Below, piece after piece: positions 31,386 to 43,727 of a stretch of DNA of 64,000 nucleotides. This DNA is from Thermodesulfovibrionales bacterium (GTDB lineage Bacteria; Nitrospirota; Thermodesulfovibrionia; Thermodesulfovibrionales; SM23-35): NCBI GenBank assembly GCA_963715195.1, contig CAVQRT010000031.1, positions 128,001-192,000 on the forward strand, written 5' to 3'. The first letter of the stretch is position 1. The number at the start of each line of letters is the position of its first letter. A program made the translations under genes and the position numbers. The notes under the pieces are model-generated. The model saw only the letters and a program-made list of their open reading frames with translations. It was not told the DNA's origin and made no database searches.

Positions 31386-32567
31386 ATGATACACCTGAAA
31401 CTGAAACGCAGACTGCCTTACCGTCCTACCGAGAGAATGAATGTCGTAAGCTATCCGATCCGGGACATCGTTATGGAGGCCAAGCGTGAAGAGGCAAAAG
31501 GCAAGAAGATGATTTACCTCAACATTGGAGACCCGCCCCAGTATGGGTTCACATCGTTTCAAGTGATAGCTGATCGGGTAAAGAGTGCGCTCGATGAAAA
31601 CTTCAAGGGCTATGCTCCTTCAGAAGGAGATGAGGAGCTCAGAAACACAGTAGCGAAGATCGAAAAGTGCAAGCCTGAGGATGTGTTTATCGTTGCCGGC
31701 CTTACCGAGGGAATAGACTTTTTCTTCCATTCGTTTATCGGGTTCGGTGAGAAAGTCCTCCTTCCGAATCCTGTGTATCCGCTCTACCTGAGCAAAGCCA
31801 AGCAATTCGAGGGTGATACCTTTTTCTACAAGCATGATGCCGATGGACAAATAGATATTGGGAACCTGGTAAAAAAGATTGAAGGTGCAAAGGCGATGGT
31901 GATCATCAACCCGAATAATCCGCTGGGAGCCGTTTATTCTGAAAAGAACCTCTCTGAAGTCGTCAGGCTCTGTGCTGAATATGACGTCCCCATTTTTTAT
32001 GACGGTTCTTACGACCAGCTTGTATTCGAGGGCAAACCGGTGGACTTCAGAAAGATAGCACGGAAGAAGGTGCCGTTCATTTACGGGAGCTCGCTTTCGA
32101 AGGATTTCAACTATCCCGGTTCTCGGATAGGCTGGGTGGCGTTCCACGGCGATAAGTGGGAAGAGGTGAAGAACGCTTTTTTCCTCTTGTGCAACCAGCG
32201 TTTGTCCGTTAACTGGGAGTATCAGAAAGCGGCAGCCGCTGCGATAACCTACCCATCGTATCCTGCATACGTCGCTGACATCAAGAGGAAGCTTATGGAG
32301 CGAAGGAATGCATTCATGAACATTACGAGGGAGATGCCGCTGTCATTCCCTGTTCCGAAGGGCGCGTTCTATGCATTCATCAGGATAGAAACAAAGAAAT
32401 GGAAAAAGGATATGGAGTTCGTGCGTGCAGCGCTGAAGGAAGGGGTTGTTTTTGTGCCGGGCTCCGGGTTTGGGAGGCAGGAGGACGGGGTGTATTTCAG
32501 GACTACGTTCCTGCCGGAGCCGGAAGTCATCGAAGAGGCCTTTTCGAAGATCGGAAAGATTTTATAA
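31386..32567 (+). CDS. Class I/II PLP-dependent aminotransferase, alanine aminotransferase-like
   Basis: YPIRD, LNIGDP, INPNNPLG, SLSK PLP lysine, PKGAFY; start uncertain. Confidence 0.85.
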   Translation: MIHLKLKRRLPYRPTERMNVVSYPIRDIVMEAKREEAKGKKMIYLNIGDPPQYGFTSFQVIADRVKSALDENFKGYAPSEGDEELRNTVAKIEKCKPEDVFIVAGLTEGIDFFFHSFIGFGEKVLLPNPVYPLYLSKAKQFEGDTFFYKHDADGQIDIGNLVKKIEGAKAMVIINPNNPLGAVYSEKNLSEVVRLCAEYDVPIFYDGSYDQLVFEGKPVDFRKIARKKVPFIYGSSLSKDFNYPGSRIGWVAFHGDKWEEVKNAFFLLCNQRLSVNWEYQKAAAAAITYPSYPAYVADIKRKLMERRNAFMNITREMPLSFPVPKGAFYAFIRIETKKWKKDMEFVRAALKEGVVFVPGSGFGRQEDGVYFRTTFLPEPEVIEEAFSKIGKIL

Positions 32568-32602
32568 GTACCGCAAACCGCGCTCCTGCCGCAGTTCCTT
32601 AA

Positions 32603-32632
32603 TTGACAAAGCTTTTATGCGTATTTTACAGT
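32603..32632 (+). promoter_or_regulatory. Candidate sigma70 promoter for tig-clpP-clpX
   Basis: TTGACA, 18 nt, TACAGT. Confidence 0.45.
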
Positions 32633-32657
32633 AATAGAAATCTTCGGGAGGTTCACG

Positions 32658-33986
32658 TTGCTCAAATCAATTGAAGACATTAATCAGACGAAGAAGCGCC
32701 TGAGAATAGAAATACCGGCTGATCTTCTCGAAAGAGAGATGAAGAGTTCTCTTGAAAAACTTCGGCATACAGTCAGGATTCCGGGTTTCCGGCCCGGCAA
32801 GGCTCCGGTCAGTCTTATCGAAAAGCGCTACGGCAAGCAGCTCGAAACAGAGGTGCTCGAAAAGGTGATGCCTGAGCAGCTCAGCAACGCTATCCGGGAA
32901 GCTGCTATTGATCCCGTTACAATGCCGGTGCTGGAAGAAGAGTTCGAATACAAACGGCATAATCCCCTCGCTTTCGCGGTTACTTTGGAAATCAAACCGA
33001 AGATCGAAAATCTTACCTATGAAAACTTATCAGTCAGGGAGATCCCTGTGGAGGTTCAAGACGCAGAGATAGAGGACGCCCTGAAAGCCCTCCAGAACAA
33101 GAGAGCGGTCTTTGAAGTTGCCGATAAAATGATCGAGACGGATGACTTTGTTTCGTTCGAATACGTTGACAGTGAAATTACCGGACAAGAAGATATCCCC
33201 TCTGCGAAAGAGATTATTTCGAAAATGGGAAACGAACTATTTCCACCTGATATTCTCGAGAAGGTCCTCGGAAAACAGAAGGGCGATATCATTGAGTTTG
33301 AAAAGACTTTCGATGCGATCGAAGAAAAGGAACTCACAGGGAAAACAGCCCGGATTAAGGTCAGAATCAGCGAGGTCAAGAGAAAAACCCTGCCGGAGAT
33401 CAACGACGATTTCGCGAAAGACCTTGGCTATGAAACGGTTGCTGAATTGAGGGAAAAGGTACGAGATAAAATACATGCTGCGAAGAGAGAGCATATCGGC
33501 AAGATACAAAAAGCGGATATTGTCAGAAAGCTTGTTGATGCAAATACCTTTGAAGTTCCCGAATCCCTTGTGCAAAGGGAGATCGAAACCATCATGATGC
33601 ACAAAAGCGTTTCCGGTGGACAGGAGGCACCTGCATCAGAAGATACTGTCGAAGAGATCCTTGAACCTGCGTCCTCCGGACAAGATACGGAACCGAAGAA
33701 AGAAGAGGATCTTCAGGCAGACATGAGAACCAGAGCCCTGAGGAATGTGCAGGCACATTTTATTCTGGATACCATTGGCCGGCAGGAAGGCATCGTCGTG
33801 TCAGATGCCGAGGTCGATGAGCGGATAGCTTCTCTTGCTCAGAAATTGTCGACAACCCCTGAAGCGATCAGAAACTTTTATGCTTACCGGGAAGGTTCCA
33901 TCGAGAGTCTGAAGCAGTCGATATTCGAGGATAAAGTGATGGACTTGCTCGTCGCCCGGGCAACGATTGAAAAGGAGAATACATGA
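32658..33986 (+). CDS. tig: Trigger factor
   Basis: [10 protein letters not shown] signature; precedes clpP. Confidence 0.93.
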   Translation: MLKSIEDINQTKKRLRIEIPADLLEREMKSSLEKLRHTVRIPGFRPGKAPVSLIEKRYGKQLETEVLEKVMPEQLSNAIREAAIDPVTMPVLEEEFEYKRHNPLAFAVTLEIKPKIENLTYENLSVREIPVEVQDAEIEDALKALQNKRAVFEVADKMIETDDFVSFEYVDSEITGQEDIPSAKEIISKMGNELFPPDILEKVLGKQKGDIIEFEKTFDAIEEKELTGKTARIKVRISEVKRKTLPEINDDFAKDLGYETVAELREKVRDKIHAAKREHIGKIQKADIVRKLVDANTFEVPESLVQREIETIMMHKSVSGGQEAPASEDTVEEILEPASSGQDTEPKKEEDLQADMRTRALRNVQAHFILDTIGRQEGIVVSDAEVDERIASLAQKLSTTPEAIRNFYAYREGSIESLKQSIFEDKVMDLLVARATIEKENT

Positions 33987-34585
33987 GCATTATCCCGATT
34001 GTTATAGAGCAGACCGGCCGTACAGAGAGGGCGTATGACATCTACTCAAGGCTTCTGAAGGACAGAATAATTTTTGTCGGTACCGGCATTGACGACATGG
34101 TCGCCAATATCGTTATCGCACAGCTTCTGTTTCTGCAGACTGAAGATCCTGACAAGGATATCCATTTATATGTTAATTCGCCGGGAGGTATTGTCTCTTC
34201 CGGTCTCGCAATATATGATACCATGCAGTACGTGAAGCCCGACATCGCTACTTACTGCATCGGGCAGGCTGCGAGCATGGGCGCTCTTCTTCTTGCTGCC
34301 GGTGCGAAAGGGAAACGGTTTGCCTTACCTCATTCCCGAATCATGCTGCATCAGCCTATGGGAGGATTTCACGGCCAGGCGACTGACATCGAGATCCATG
34401 CGCGGGAGATTCTCCGGATGAAGGAGACGTTGAATACGATACTCTCGTTCCATACCGGTCAGTCTCTTGACAAGATACAGACGGATACAGACCGGGATTT
34501 CTTCATGTCCGGGAGTGAGGCGAAGGAATACGGCATTGTCGATGAGGTTATCAGCAGCATTAAGGAGAAGAAGAGCCATGGCTAA
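33983..34585 (+). CDS. clpP: ATP-dependent Clp protease proteolytic subunit
   Basis: [24 protein letters not shown]. Confidence 0.99.
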   Translation: MSIIPIVIEQTGRTERAYDIYSRLLKDRIIFVGTGIDDMVANIVIAQLLFLQTEDPDKDIHLYVNSPGGIVSSGLAIYDTMQYVKPDIATYCIGQAASMGALLLAAGAKGKRFALPHSRIMLHQPMGGFHGQATDIEIHAREILRMKETLNTILSFHTGQSLDKIQTDTDRDFFMSGSEAKEYGIVDEVISSIKEKKSHG

Positions 34586-35819
34586 GAAGGATGAAAATGC
34601 ACTGAAGTGTTCTTTCTGCGGCAAGGGGCATAATGAAGTAAAAAAGCTCATTGCAGGCCCTACCGTTTACATATGCAATGAATGCGTGGAGTTATGCAAT
34701 GAGATTATTGCAGATACGATCCATGACGAGATAAAGGTTCCCTCCCTGCCGAGGCTCCCGGCGCCGAAGGAGATCCATCATTCTCTTAATGATTATGTGA
34801 TCGGTCAGGAACGGGCAAAGAAGATCCTCTCGGTTGCAGTGCATAATCATTACAAGAGAATCTACAGTCCGGCAGAGCCTGATGTTGAACTGCAGAAGAG
34901 CAACATACTCCTCATAGGGCCTACCGGGACGGGGAAGACACTCTTTGCGCAGACCCTTGCAAAAATCCTCGATGTGCCTTTTGCAATTGCCGATGCAACT
35001 ACGCTTACCGAAGCGGGATATGTCGGTGAGGACGTGGAGAATATTATTCTGAAGCTGCTCCAATCCGCGGACTATGATACAGAAAGGGCACAGCGCGGCA
35101 TTGTGTACATCGATGAAATCGATAAAATAAGCAGAAAAGCGGATAATCCCTCTATTACACGAGACGTTTCCGGTGAGGGTGTTCAGCAGGCCCTGCTGAA
35201 GCTGATCGAGGGGACGACAGCGAATATCCCGCCGCAGGGCGGGCGAAAACATCCTCAGCAGGAATACATCCAGGTTGATACAACAAATATTCTCTTTTTA
35301 TGCGGTGGTGCCTTTATCGGACTTGACAAAATCGTTGAGCAGAGGATCGGACAGAGAACAGTGGGGTTTATTTCTGATACGGTAGCGAGGAAAGAGCGGA
35401 AGATCGGCGAGATTCTGAGCCATGTCGAACCTGAGGACCTGATCAAATACGGACTCATACCGGAGTTTGTGGGAAGGATGCCGGTTGTGGCGGGACTTGA
35501 TGAGCTCGATGAAGTAACGCTCATAAAGATTCTGACCGAACCGAAGAATGCACTCGTGAAGCAGTACCAGAGGCTCCTCTCCTTTGAGAATGTCAGGCTC
35601 AGATTTTCCGATAGTGCGCTTTCTGCTATCGCCAAAAAGACCATTCAGAGGAAAACGGGTGCCCGCGGATTACGTTCCATCCTTGAGGAAATTATGCTGG
35701 AGGTCATGTACGAGATCCCCTCCCAGAAAGGCATAAAGGAGTGTCTCGTGTCAGAGGAGACCATTGTCAAGAATGAAAAACCGATCCTCATATATGAGAA
35801 GAAGGCCGAATCTGCGTAG
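34578..35819 (+). CDS. clpX: ATP-dependent Clp protease ATP-binding subunit ClpX
   Basis: CSFCGK zinc finger, [23 protein letters not shown] at 34578. Confidence 0.99.
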   Translation: MAKKDENALKCSFCGKGHNEVKKLIAGPTVYICNECVELCNEIIADTIHDEIKVPSLPRLPAPKEIHHSLNDYVIGQERAKKILSVAVHNHYKRIYSPAEPDVELQKSNILLIGPTGTGKTLFAQTLAKILDVPFAIADATTLTEAGYVGEDVENIILKLLQSADYDTERAQRGIVYIDEIDKISRKADNPSITRDVSGEGVQQALLKLIEGTTANIPPQGGRKHPQQEYIQVDTTNILFLCGGAFIGLDKIVEQRIGQRTVGFISDTVARKERKIGEILSHVEPEDLIKYGLIPEFVGRMPVVAGLDELDEVTLIKILTEPKNALVKQYQRLLSFENVRLRFSDSALSAIAKKTIQRKTGARGLRSILEEIMLEVMYEIPSQKGIKECLVSEETIVKNEKPILIYEKKAESA

Positions 35820-35882
35820 AAAGATTCCGGGCAAACAAGAATACTTGAATATATGTGTGGATTTTGGGCGGCTTTGTGAGGA

Positions 35883-36326
35883 TTACGCCATCTTGCCGGC
35901 TGCTATAGCTTTTGCGATAGTTTTCTGAAGGGTCTCTTTCAATTCTTTGTCCCGGATGTCCGAAACAGTTTCTTCAATGAAGGAGCAGTCATGTTCCGTA
36001 AGGAATTTCCCTTTTCGGTCTTTGCTGTCTTCCTCCTGATTTGCCAGAGGATTGACTCTGCCAAGTCTGAACCGGATCGTCCTCACCTGATATGAAGCAA
36101 GTTTCTTGATGATATCTTCCTGATAAAATTTAAGCTCCTGAAGCCAGACCGGGGAATCAACAGTCAGGAGCAGCTCATTCCCCGACAACAGGGACGGCGA
36201 CATGTGGCAAGACAAAGGCTTTTGAAACAGGATATGCCAGCGAGATTTTACCTGAGCGAGCCTGATACCATCATCGATACCCAGGTCCCTGACAAGAGGC
36301 TTCAATAAGACATCTGCCCTCTTCAC
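35883..36326 (-). CDS. DUF721 / DciA-like protein
   Basis: [21 protein letters not shown] overlapping rpmB stop. Confidence 0.7.
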   Translation of the reverse strand: MKRADVLLKPLVRDLGIDDGIRLAQVKSRWHILFQKPLSCHMSPSLLSGNELLLTVDSPVWLQELKFYQEDIIKKLASYQVRTIRFRLGRVNPLANQEEDSKDRKGKFLTEHDCSFIEETVSDIRDKELKETLQKTIAKAIAAGKMA

Positions 36327-36514
36327 GAAATTGCTTTTTTCACCGCACCGGAACGCAGACACCTCGTACAAACATAACGTCTCTTGACGCTTGTATTCAT
36401 GAGAACGCGCATCTTCTGAAGATTGGGCATGATCAGCCTTTTCGTTTTGTTGTTTGCATGGCTGACGTTATTGCCGATTGCCCTTTGTTTCCCGCATATA
36501 GCGCATTGTGCCAT
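36323..36514 (-). CDS. rpmB: 50S ribosomal protein L28
   Basis: [31 protein letters not shown]. Confidence 0.97.
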   Translation of the reverse strand: MAQCAICGKQRAIGNNVSHANNKTKRLIMPNLQKMRVLMNTSVKRRYVCTRCLRSGAVKKAIS

Positions 36515-36676
36515 TCTGTTCAATCTCCTCTCTCATTGCATTAACACAGTTTATTATGATAACATGTAAAAATAGTTGTTACAAGTATTAGATAAAGCGG
36601 GGATTTGCGATATATATCGTTCTCCCTGTCGAAGAGTTTTAGAAAATTCCTGCTGTATATTCAGGGTAAAAATTAT

Positions 36677-39007
36677 ATGCAGAAGATAAGAATTTATGAG
36701 CTTGCAAAAAAACTGAGCATACCGAACAAGATTATTGTGAATGAACTTTCAAAGCTCGGGATGAAGGGAAAAACCCACTCCTCAAGTATTGATCCTGACA
36801 TTGCTCAAAAAATAGAGAATATTTTTCGGCAGAGGACAGCTCACGCACAACCAGAGCCCGCACCTTCCATAACCCCTGTTTCTGAACCTGTTCGGTCGGA
36901 TATCCAGAAAGCACGCAGGGAAACGAAAAGAACGGGACCTCCTCTGCGCGCGCCTGTTCATGAAAAGCAGGAAGTTGAAGCACCCGAGCTTCGTAAGACG
37001 ACGCCGGAAACCTTGCAGGCAGTGACCCCGGCCGAGGAAGATGAACTGAAAATTCCCGACCGGTTTAAAAAGGAGCTGGAGACCGAAAAAATAGAAAAAT
37101 TTAAGGCGAAACCGGGCATGCAGAGGGCTTTTCAGACTATCAGGAAAATAGAACCCAAACGATGGCATGACCAGAGGTCACAGAAACGGACAGGGAGGCC
37201 GCGAAGCTATCAGACCGATGACAGGAAACCGCAGGTCCAGCCGGCAGCACCACGAAAGAAGACTCTGAAACTCCAGGAAGGCACAACGGTGAAGGAATTT
37301 GCCGAACTGATTAGTGTCAAACTGTCTGACGTGATCAAGAAATTCATGGAACTCGGCTATATGCCGACCATTAACCAGCCTGTTGATACCGATGCAGCAT
37401 TATTAATTGCGGAGAATTTCGGCGTCAAACTCGAACTGGCAGCCATTGAAGAAGATACGGTTGATATCGAGGCACCTGAGGATCTCAGTAAGGTTATACC
37501 TCGGGCTCCAGTGGTGACGATCATGGGACATGTCGACCACGGGAAGACTTCACTCCTTGACGCTATCAGGGAAACCAAAGTTACCGAAAGTGAAGCAGGC
37601 GGTATTACTCAACATATCGGAGCATATAAAGTTAATCTCAGCGGCAAGGATATCGTATTTCTGGATACCCCCGGTCACGAGGCATTTACCTCAATGAGAG
37701 CACGAGGTGCAAAGGTGACGGATATAGTTGTCCTTGTTGTGGCTGCTGATGACGGTGTCATGCCGCAGACCGTGGAAGCGATCAACCATGCAAGAGCGGC
37801 CAAAGTGCCGATTGTTGTCGCGGTCAATAAAATTGATAAGCCAGAGGCGAATCTTTCAAAAGTGAGAAATGAACTTTCGGAGCTGGGTATCATTTCGGAG
37901 GAATGGGGAGGCCAGAATATATTCGTTGAGGTTTCCGCCAAAAAACGTATCGGCATCGAACACGTTCTCGAGATGATACTTCTCCAGGCGGAGATGATGG
38001 AACTCAAGGCGAATCCGGACAAGGCTGCCCGGGGGACGATCATTGAGGCGAAGCTCGATAAAGGAAGGGGCCCGGTCGCCACCGTCCTGGTGCAGTCTGG
38101 TTCGCTGCATGCCGGTGATGCATTTCTCTCAGGAACACATGCGGGAAAAGTGAGGGCTCTCATTGACGACAGCGGAAAGAGGATAACCGAAGCAGGTCCT
38201 TCGACGCCGGTAGAAGTTATTGGATTCGCGGATGTCCCTTCATCGGGGGATATATTTACCGTCGTCGAAGATGAAAAAAGGGCCCGGCAGGTAGCTCTCG
38301 TACGGCAGCAGAAGGAGAGGCTTGCCGAGATAGCACGCACAGGAAAGCTCACCCTTGATGATCTGTACGCAAAAATAAAGGAAGGTGAGATCAGGGAACT
38401 GTATATCATCATAAAAGGGGATGTCCAGGGTTCGGTCGAGGCGATGAAAGATGCACTCGAACATATCTCGCATCCTCAGGTAAAAGTGAAAGTGATCCAC
38501 TCATCGGTCGGCGGCATTAATGAATCAGACGTCATGCTTGCCACTGCGTCCAGTGCAATCATCATTGGCTTCAATGTAAGGCCTGAGTTCAAGGCGTCCC
38601 AGGTTGCGGAAAAAGAGGCTGTTGATATCAGATTGTACAATGTCATATACGAAGCCATTGAAGACGTAAAGAAGGCGCTCGAGGGACTCCTTGAGCCGAC
38701 TCTCAGGGAGAAGACCCTTGGAAGGGCGGAAGTGCGTCAGATCTTTCCCATATCGAGGATCGGGACGGTTGCCGGATGTTACGTTCTTGATGGTACGATC
38801 AGCCGTTCAAGCGATGGTACCCGGATTATCAGGGACAATATTGTTGCCTATGACGGGAAAATCAGCTCCCTCAAGAGGTTCAAAGAAGATGTCAGGGAAG
38901 TTCAGGCAGGATATGAGTGTGGTATCATGATCGAAAACTTCAATGATCTGAAAGTCGGGGATATCCTCGAGAACTATATCATCGAAAAGATCGCTGCAAA
39001 ATTATAA
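36677..39007 (+). CDS. infB: Translation initiation factor IF-2
   Basis: [27 protein letters not shown]. Confidence 0.99.
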   Translation: MQKIRIYELAKKLSIPNKIIVNELSKLGMKGKTHSSSIDPDIAQKIENIFRQRTAHAQPEPAPSITPVSEPVRSDIQKARRETKRTGPPLRAPVHEKQEVEAPELRKTTPETLQAVTPAEEDELKIPDRFKKELETEKIEKFKAKPGMQRAFQTIRKIEPKRWHDQRSQKRTGRPRSYQTDDRKPQVQPAAPRKKTLKLQEGTTVKEFAELISVKLSDVIKKFMELGYMPTINQPVDTDAALLIAENFGVKLELAAIEEDTVDIEAPEDLSKVIPRAPVVTIMGHVDHGKTSLLDAIRETKVTESEAGGITQHIGAYKVNLSGKDIVFLDTPGHEAFTSMRARGAKVTDIVVLVVAADDGVMPQTVEAINHARAAKVPIVVAVNKIDKPEANLSKVRNELSELGIISEEWGGQNIFVEVSAKKRIGIEHVLEMILLQAEMMELKANPDKAARGTIIEAKLDKGRGPVATVLVQSGSLHAGDAFLSGTHAGKVRALIDDSGKRITEAGPSTPVEVIGFADVPSSGDIFTVVEDEKRARQVALVRQQKERLAEIARTGKLTLDDLYAKIKEGEIRELYIIIKGDVQGSVEAMKDALEHISHPQVKVKVIHSSVGGINESDVMLATASSAIIIGFNVRPEFKASQVAEKEAVDIRLYNVIYEAIEDVKKALEGLLEPTLREKTLGRAEVRQIFPISRIGTVAGCYVLDGTISRSSDGTRIIRDNIVAYDGKISSLKRFKEDVREVQAGYECGIMIENFNDLKVGDILENYIIEKIAAKL

Positions 39008-39013
39008 AGAAGA

Positions 39014-39255
39014 AAATCCTAATTTCTAAATTCGAAATCCCAAAAATCAGTTCTGAACTTAAACATTTTTATACAGAATTTTTCCTTATCTGTGGTTGTA
39101 GCGTGATCATATAGTCTGTCATCCCGGCTTGGCCGGAATCTTTCTGGAAGGATTCCTGAGGCGCCTCGCGTGCGGGAATGACACACGCATTTATTGATGA
39201 AGTTATAGTTTGCATTCTGATTTACTTAGAATTTAGCTATTAGAATTTAGAACTT
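39014..39255. repeat. Inverted pair of heptamer arrays bracketing a REP-like element
   Basis: aaatcct aatttct aaattcg aaatccc (39014-39041) and agaattt agctatt agaattt agaactt (39228-39255). Confidence 0.6.
39117..39183. repeat. REP-like palindromic element (TGTCAT...ATGACA ends)
   Basis: tgtcatcccggcttggccggaatc...gattcc...gcgggaatgaca; related to 43253-43341. Confidence 0.7.
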
Positions 39256-39265
39256 TCGAGGTACT

Positions 39266-39625
39266 ATGCATCCGTACAAGCGTTCTCAACGAGTTAGTGA
39301 TCTTCTGCGGGAAGAAATTGCCGACATAATTTTTTTTAAACTGAAGGACCCGCGGATAGGGTTTCTGACGGTCACCGGCGTTGATGTCACTGACGATCTT
39401 AAAATTGCTGTTGTGTATGTAAGTATTCTGAAGGAAGAGGAAAAACAATCCACACTTGACATCTTGCATGCGGCTAAAAGCTTCATACGGTCTGAATTGT
39501 CCAAACGGCTGAAGATGAAGTTTATCCCGACAGTTGATTTCAGACTGGATACCTCTATTGAATACGGAAACAGAATCGAACAACTCCTCCATGAGATCAG
39601 AGAAAAAGATGAACATTCCACCTAA
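39266..39625 (+). CDS. rbfA: Ribosome-binding factor A
   Basis: KLKDPRIGFLTVTGVDVTDDL, FRLDTSIEYG. Confidence 0.95.
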   Translation: MHPYKRSQRVSDLLREEIADIIFFKLKDPRIGFLTVTGVDVTDDLKIAVVYVSILKEEEKQSTLDILHAAKSFIRSELSKRLKMKFIPTVDFRLDTSIEYGNRIEQLLHEIREKDEHST

Positions 39626-40574
39626 TCTCATCGCATTCCTGAAAGGGAACGACGATTTTTTTATTGCTACGCATATTAACCCGGAAGGCGATGCATTGGG
39701 TTCATCTCTCGCACTCTCTATGGCATTGAATACGATCGGGAAGAGCACGGTGCTTTTTGACCAGGACGGGGTTCCCGATTTTTACCGATTTTTACCCGGG
39801 CATGAACATATACGGCGAACCTGCAACGGCCTGCAGCCTTCTGATTTCAACCTCCTGCTGCTTGATTGCAATACCCCCCGGAGGGCAGGCATCGAAGGAC
39901 TCACTTTCAGACAATGCGCTGTCATAGATCATCATGAAACAGAATCGGATTTCGGTGACGTTCGCTGGATTGAGCCAAAGGCAGCGGCAACGGGATTGAT
40001 GATTTTTTCTCTTATCAGGGAATTAGGTATCGGGATTACCAAAGAGATGGCCACTAATCTCTATACGGCTATTGCAATCGATACGGGAACATTCAGGTTC
40101 GGCAACACGACGGCAGAGGTTTTGCGCGTTGCCGCGGAGCTCGCTGAAACAGGAGCATCCCCTTCATTCATATCAGCCAGTCTTTACGAAACCTGGTCAG
40201 AGGCACGGTTCAATCTACTGAGGCTGGCGCTGCAGACGCTTGAGATCAGGAGCAAGGTTGCTTTTACTTTTGTGAACAGGGAGATGTTCGCAAAGACCGG
40301 GACAGGCCCTGAGGATACCGAAAATTTTTCAAGTTTTCCAAGGATTGTCAAGGATATCCGAATCTCTGCATTTTTCAGGGAAATCGATGATGATTACTGG
40401 AAAGTAAGCCTGCGTTCAAAAGGTGATATCAATGTCTCAGTGATCGCGGTTCTCTTTCAAGGCGGAGGGCATAAGAATGCCGCCGGTTATTTTATAAAAG
40501 CCCCTCTCGAATCCGCAAAAGAATTGCTCCTTACGAAGGTATCGGAACTCTCAGAGAGCACCTTACCGGTCTAA
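39609..40574 (+). CDS. nrnA: DHH/DHHA1 phosphoesterase (NrnA-like oligoribonuclease)
   Basis: [33 protein letters not shown]. Confidence 0.88.
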   Translation: MNIPPNLIAFLKGNDDFFIATHINPEGDALGSSLALSMALNTIGKSTVLFDQDGVPDFYRFLPGHEHIRRTCNGLQPSDFNLLLLDCNTPRRAGIEGLTFRQCAVIDHHETESDFGDVRWIEPKAAATGLMIFSLIRELGIGITKEMATNLYTAIAIDTGTFRFGNTTAEVLRVAAELAETGASPSFISASLYETWSEARFNLLRLALQTLEIRSKVAFTFVNREMFAKTGTGPEDTENFSSFPRIVKDIRISAFFREIDDDYWKVSLRSKGDINVSVIAVLFQGGGHKNAAGYFIKAPLESAKELLLTKVSELSESTLPV

Positions 40575-43207
40575 ACTTTTCCCGCTGCGCCTGCCTCTTT
40601 CGAGAAAGTAATCCGATCTTTTGTAAAATCCACCATGACGGTGTCACCTTCTCCAAATGTCCTGTCAAGGATGCTCATCGCGAGCGGATTCAGGATCTCT
40701 CTCTGCAGGGCCCTCTTTAACGGCCGTGCTCCGTAGATGGGATCGAATCCGATGTCTGCGAAATATTCTTTTGCGTTTTCCGTCAATCTGATTTCGATAT
40801 TTTTTTCACCAATGTATTTCTTCATCCTGTTCACCTGAATTTCAACAATCTGCTTCAGGAGTTCCCTTGTCAGTGGATTGAAGACAAGAATTTCATCAAC
40901 CCTGTTCAGAAATTCCGGCCTGAAAAACATCTTGAGGTCACCCATGATCTTGTCTTTTAATTCAGCGTTGTTGATGACCCAGTAAGCTGATGGTTTCTTT
41001 GCCCTGTCTTCGAGCATTTCCTGGATGTGCGCACCCCCGATATTCGATGTCATGATCACGACCGTGTTTCTGAAATCTACGGTTCTGCCGTGACTGTCCG
41101 TGAGCCTGCCGTCATCGAGCAGCTGCAGGAGTAAATTGAAGACCTCGGGATGTGCCTTCTCGACTTCATCAAACAGGATCACCGAATACGGCTTTCTTCT
41201 GACGGCTTCCGTAAGCTGTCCGCCTTCTTCATATCCGACATAGCCTGGAGGAGCGCCGATAAGCCGCGAGACTGTATGTCTTTCCTGATACTCGGACATA
41301 TCGATTCTGATCATTGCATTTTCATCATCAAAGAGAAACTCGGCAAGAGCCCTGGCGAGTTCGGTTTTCCCGACGCCGGTGGGTCCGAGGAAGATAAAAG
41401 AACCGATAGGCCTGTTCGGATCCTGTATGCCAGCACGTGCACGCCGCACTGCGTTCGATACCGCTTCGATCGCTTCACCCTGTCCAACCACTCTTTGCCG
41501 GAGACGGTCATCCATATGGAGGAGCTTCTGCACCTCGCCTTCGAGCATGCGGCTGACAGGAACCCCTGTCCATTTGGAAACGACTTCAGCAATATCCTCT
41601 TCGTCGACCTCTTCTTTCAGCATCTTCCGTTTCTGCTGGGCTTTGAACAATTTCTTGTTTTCCGCATCGAGTGATCGCTGCAATTCGAGCATCTTTCCGT
41701 ATCTCAGCTCTGCTGCCTTTGCGAGGTCCCCTTCGCGTTCAGCTCTTTCTGAGTTTATCTTTGTCTTTTCGATCTGCTCCTTGGAATCCCGTATCCTCGC
41801 GATAATCTCCTTTTCGCTCATCCATTGAGCCCGCAATTCATCCCGCTTTGTTTGCAGCTCCGCAATTTCTCTCCTGATCTTTTCGAGCCTTTCCTTTGCA
41901 TCTTTTGAGTCTTCTTTCATAACTGCCTGTTTTTCTATCTCGAACTGTCTCAGCTTTCTCTCTATTTCGTCGAGCTCAATCGGCATACTGTCGATCTCCA
42001 TCCTCAGTTTTGATGAAGACTCATCGATAAGGTCAATAGCCTTGTCCGGAAGGAATCTGTCGGTGATGTACCTGTTCGAGAGCACTGCGGCGGCGATCAA
42101 GGCAGAGTCTTTGATCTTGACACCGTGGTGAACTTCATACCGCTCCTTCAGGCCCCGGAGTATCGAAATGGTGTCTTCAACGTTTGGCTCCCTGATAAGG
42201 ATTGGCTGAAACCTTCTTTCGAGTGCCGGATCCTTTTCAATGTGTTTCCGGTATTCATCAATCGTTGTTGCTCCAACGCACCTGAGATCTCCCCGTGCGA
42301 GGGCAGGTTTGAGCATGTTTGATGCATCAATCGCGCCCTCAGCAGCCCCGGCTCCCACGAGGGTATGCAGTTCATCGATGAAGACGATCACCTTGCCTTC
42401 GGCCTGTTCTATATCTTTCAGGACAGCCTTAAGCCGCTCTTCAAACTCCCCCCTGAATTTTGTCCCTGCAACGAGGGCTCCCATATCGAGAGCAACAACC
42501 TTCTTGTCTTTCAAGGTTTCAGGAACATCCCCTACAACGATCCTCTGCGCAAGCCCTTCTGCAATGGCAGTCTTTCCGACTCCGGGCTCTCCGATAAGCA
42601 CGGGATTATTCTTGGTCCTCCGCGAGAGAACCTGGATGATTCTTCTGATTTCGTCATCACGGCCGATAACAGGGTCAAGTTTGCCCTTGCGTGCGAACTC
42701 CGTGAGGTCCCGGCTGTATCGCTTCAATGCCTGATACTTGTCCTCGGGATTCGGGTCGGTTACCCGCTGCGCACCCCGTATCTCACTCATGGCTGACAGA
42801 ACCCTATCAGGTGTTGCCCCGTATTTTTTCAGAAGATCAGAGCAGGGTCCGCCGATGGTAATGAGTGAAACAAGCAAATGCTCGACACTGACGAATTCGT
42901 CCTTGAGATGTCCGGCATTCTTCTGAGCATTCTCGAATACTTCTTTCAGCCGTGGCGATAGATATATCTGCCCCAGGGGTGTTGCACCGATGACCTTTGG
43001 AAATTTATCGATCGCGTCCTCAACATCCTGCTGAAGAGACCGCGTATCCACTCCCAGCCGTTTAAGAATCTGACAGGCGACACCTTCTTCATCTTCGAGA
43101 AGGGCCCACAGCAGGTGTTCTGCATCAATCTGCTGGTTGCCTTTTCTCTCGGCGAATCTCTGGGCCCCCTGTATCGCCTCCTGGCTTTTCATGGTCAATT
43201 TATCCAT
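40571..43207 (-). CDS. clpB: Chaperone ClpB
   Basis: Two AAA+ modules ([16 protein letters not shown]), long middle coiled coil. Confidence 0.98.
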   Translation of the reverse strand: MDKLTMKSQEAIQGAQRFAERKGNQQIDAEHLLWALLEDEEGVACQILKRLGVDTRSLQQDVEDAIDKFPKVIGATPLGQIYLSPRLKEVFENAQKNAGHLKDEFVSVEHLLVSLITIGGPCSDLLKKYGATPDRVLSAMSEIRGAQRVTDPNPEDKYQALKRYSRDLTEFARKGKLDPVIGRDDEIRRIIQVLSRRTKNNPVLIGEPGVGKTAIAEGLAQRIVVGDVPETLKDKKVVALDMGALVAGTKFRGEFEERLKAVLKDIEQAEGKVIVFIDELHTLVGAGAAEGAIDASNMLKPALARGDLRCVGATTIDEYRKHIEKDPALERRFQPILIREPNVEDTISILRGLKERYEVHHGVKIKDSALIAAAVLSNRYITDRFLPDKAIDLIDESSSKLRMEIDSMPIELDEIERKLRQFEIEKQAVMKEDSKDAKERLEKIRREIAELQTKRDELRAQWMSEKEIIARIRDSKEQIEKTKINSERAEREGDLAKAAELRYGKMLELQRSLDAENKKLFKAQQKRKMLKEEVDEEDIAEVVSKWTGVPVSRMLEGEVQKLLHMDDRLRQRVVGQGEAIEAVSNAVRRARAGIQDPNRPIGSFIFLGPTGVGKTELARALAEFLFDDENAMIRIDMSEYQERHTVSRLIGAPPGYVGYEEGGQLTEAVRRKPYSVILFDEVEKAHPEVFNLLLQLLDDGRLTDSHGRTVDFRNTVVIMTSNIGGAHIQEMLEDRAKKPSAYWVINNAELKDKIMGDLKMFFRPEFLNRVDEILVFNPLTRELLKQIVEIQVNRMKKYIGEKNIEIRLTENAKEYFADIGFDPIYGARPLKRALQREILNPLAMSILDRTFGEGDTVMVDFTKDRITFSKEAGAAGKV

Positions 43208-43252
43208 TCTGAAAAAACCTCCTTGCATATACTCTGTACATACATTATTGGT

Positions 43253-43341
43253 TGTCATTATCCGGCTTGACCGGATAATCCAGAAACTATTAATCCCAGT
43301 AGATTTCGGGACTGGATTCCCCGATCAAGTCGGGGATGACA
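43253..43341. repeat. REP-like palindromic element
   Basis: tgtcattatccggcttgaccggataatccag...ctggattccccgatcaagtcggggatgaca. Confidence 0.75.
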
Positions 43342-43376
43342 GCTTGGTTTAGAAATTCTCTATTGAAAGAAGCTAT

Positions 43377-43727
43377 TTACTCCTCAGTAAAAATTCTCCG
43401 TAATTTTTTTATGAAATCCTTTTTGATATCTTCTTCGAGAAACACCATCATCTCTTCCGTTTCTCTCTGGAAAGCTTCAAGCCGCTGCCTCAGCCTGAGA
43501 ATAATCTCGACCCCGGATCTGTTGACGCCGAGTTCCCGCGTGAGCCGGAGGATCATCGCCAATCTTTCAACATCCTCCATGGAGTAGAGTCTGGTCCTTT
43601 TTGTTCTCTGGGGTCTTATAAGGCCTTCCCGTTCGTAGAGCCTGAGAGTCTGGGGATGGACATTGAGCATTTTTGCCACGATGCTGATCATGAATACGGG
43701 CTGTTTTTTATCTTCCGTTTCGATCAT
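43377..43727 (-). CDS. hspR: HspR-like MerR family heat-shock repressor
   Basis: VHPQTLRLYEREGL, RLYS, LTRELGVN; located between dnaJ and clpB. Confidence 0.88.
   Translation of the reverse strand: MIETEDKKQPVFMISIVAKMLNVHPQTLRLYEREGLIRPQRTKRTRLYSMEDVERLAMILRLTRELGVNRSGVEIILRLRQRLEAFQRETEEMMVFLEEDIKKDFIKKLRRIFTEE

Noticed and set aside
34467..34577. Long N-terminal extensions predicted for clpX, rplV, rpoA, sod, infB, clpB and the DHH protein
   Set aside because: Downstream starts match the family N-termini and, in most cases, an RBS or gene overlap better.
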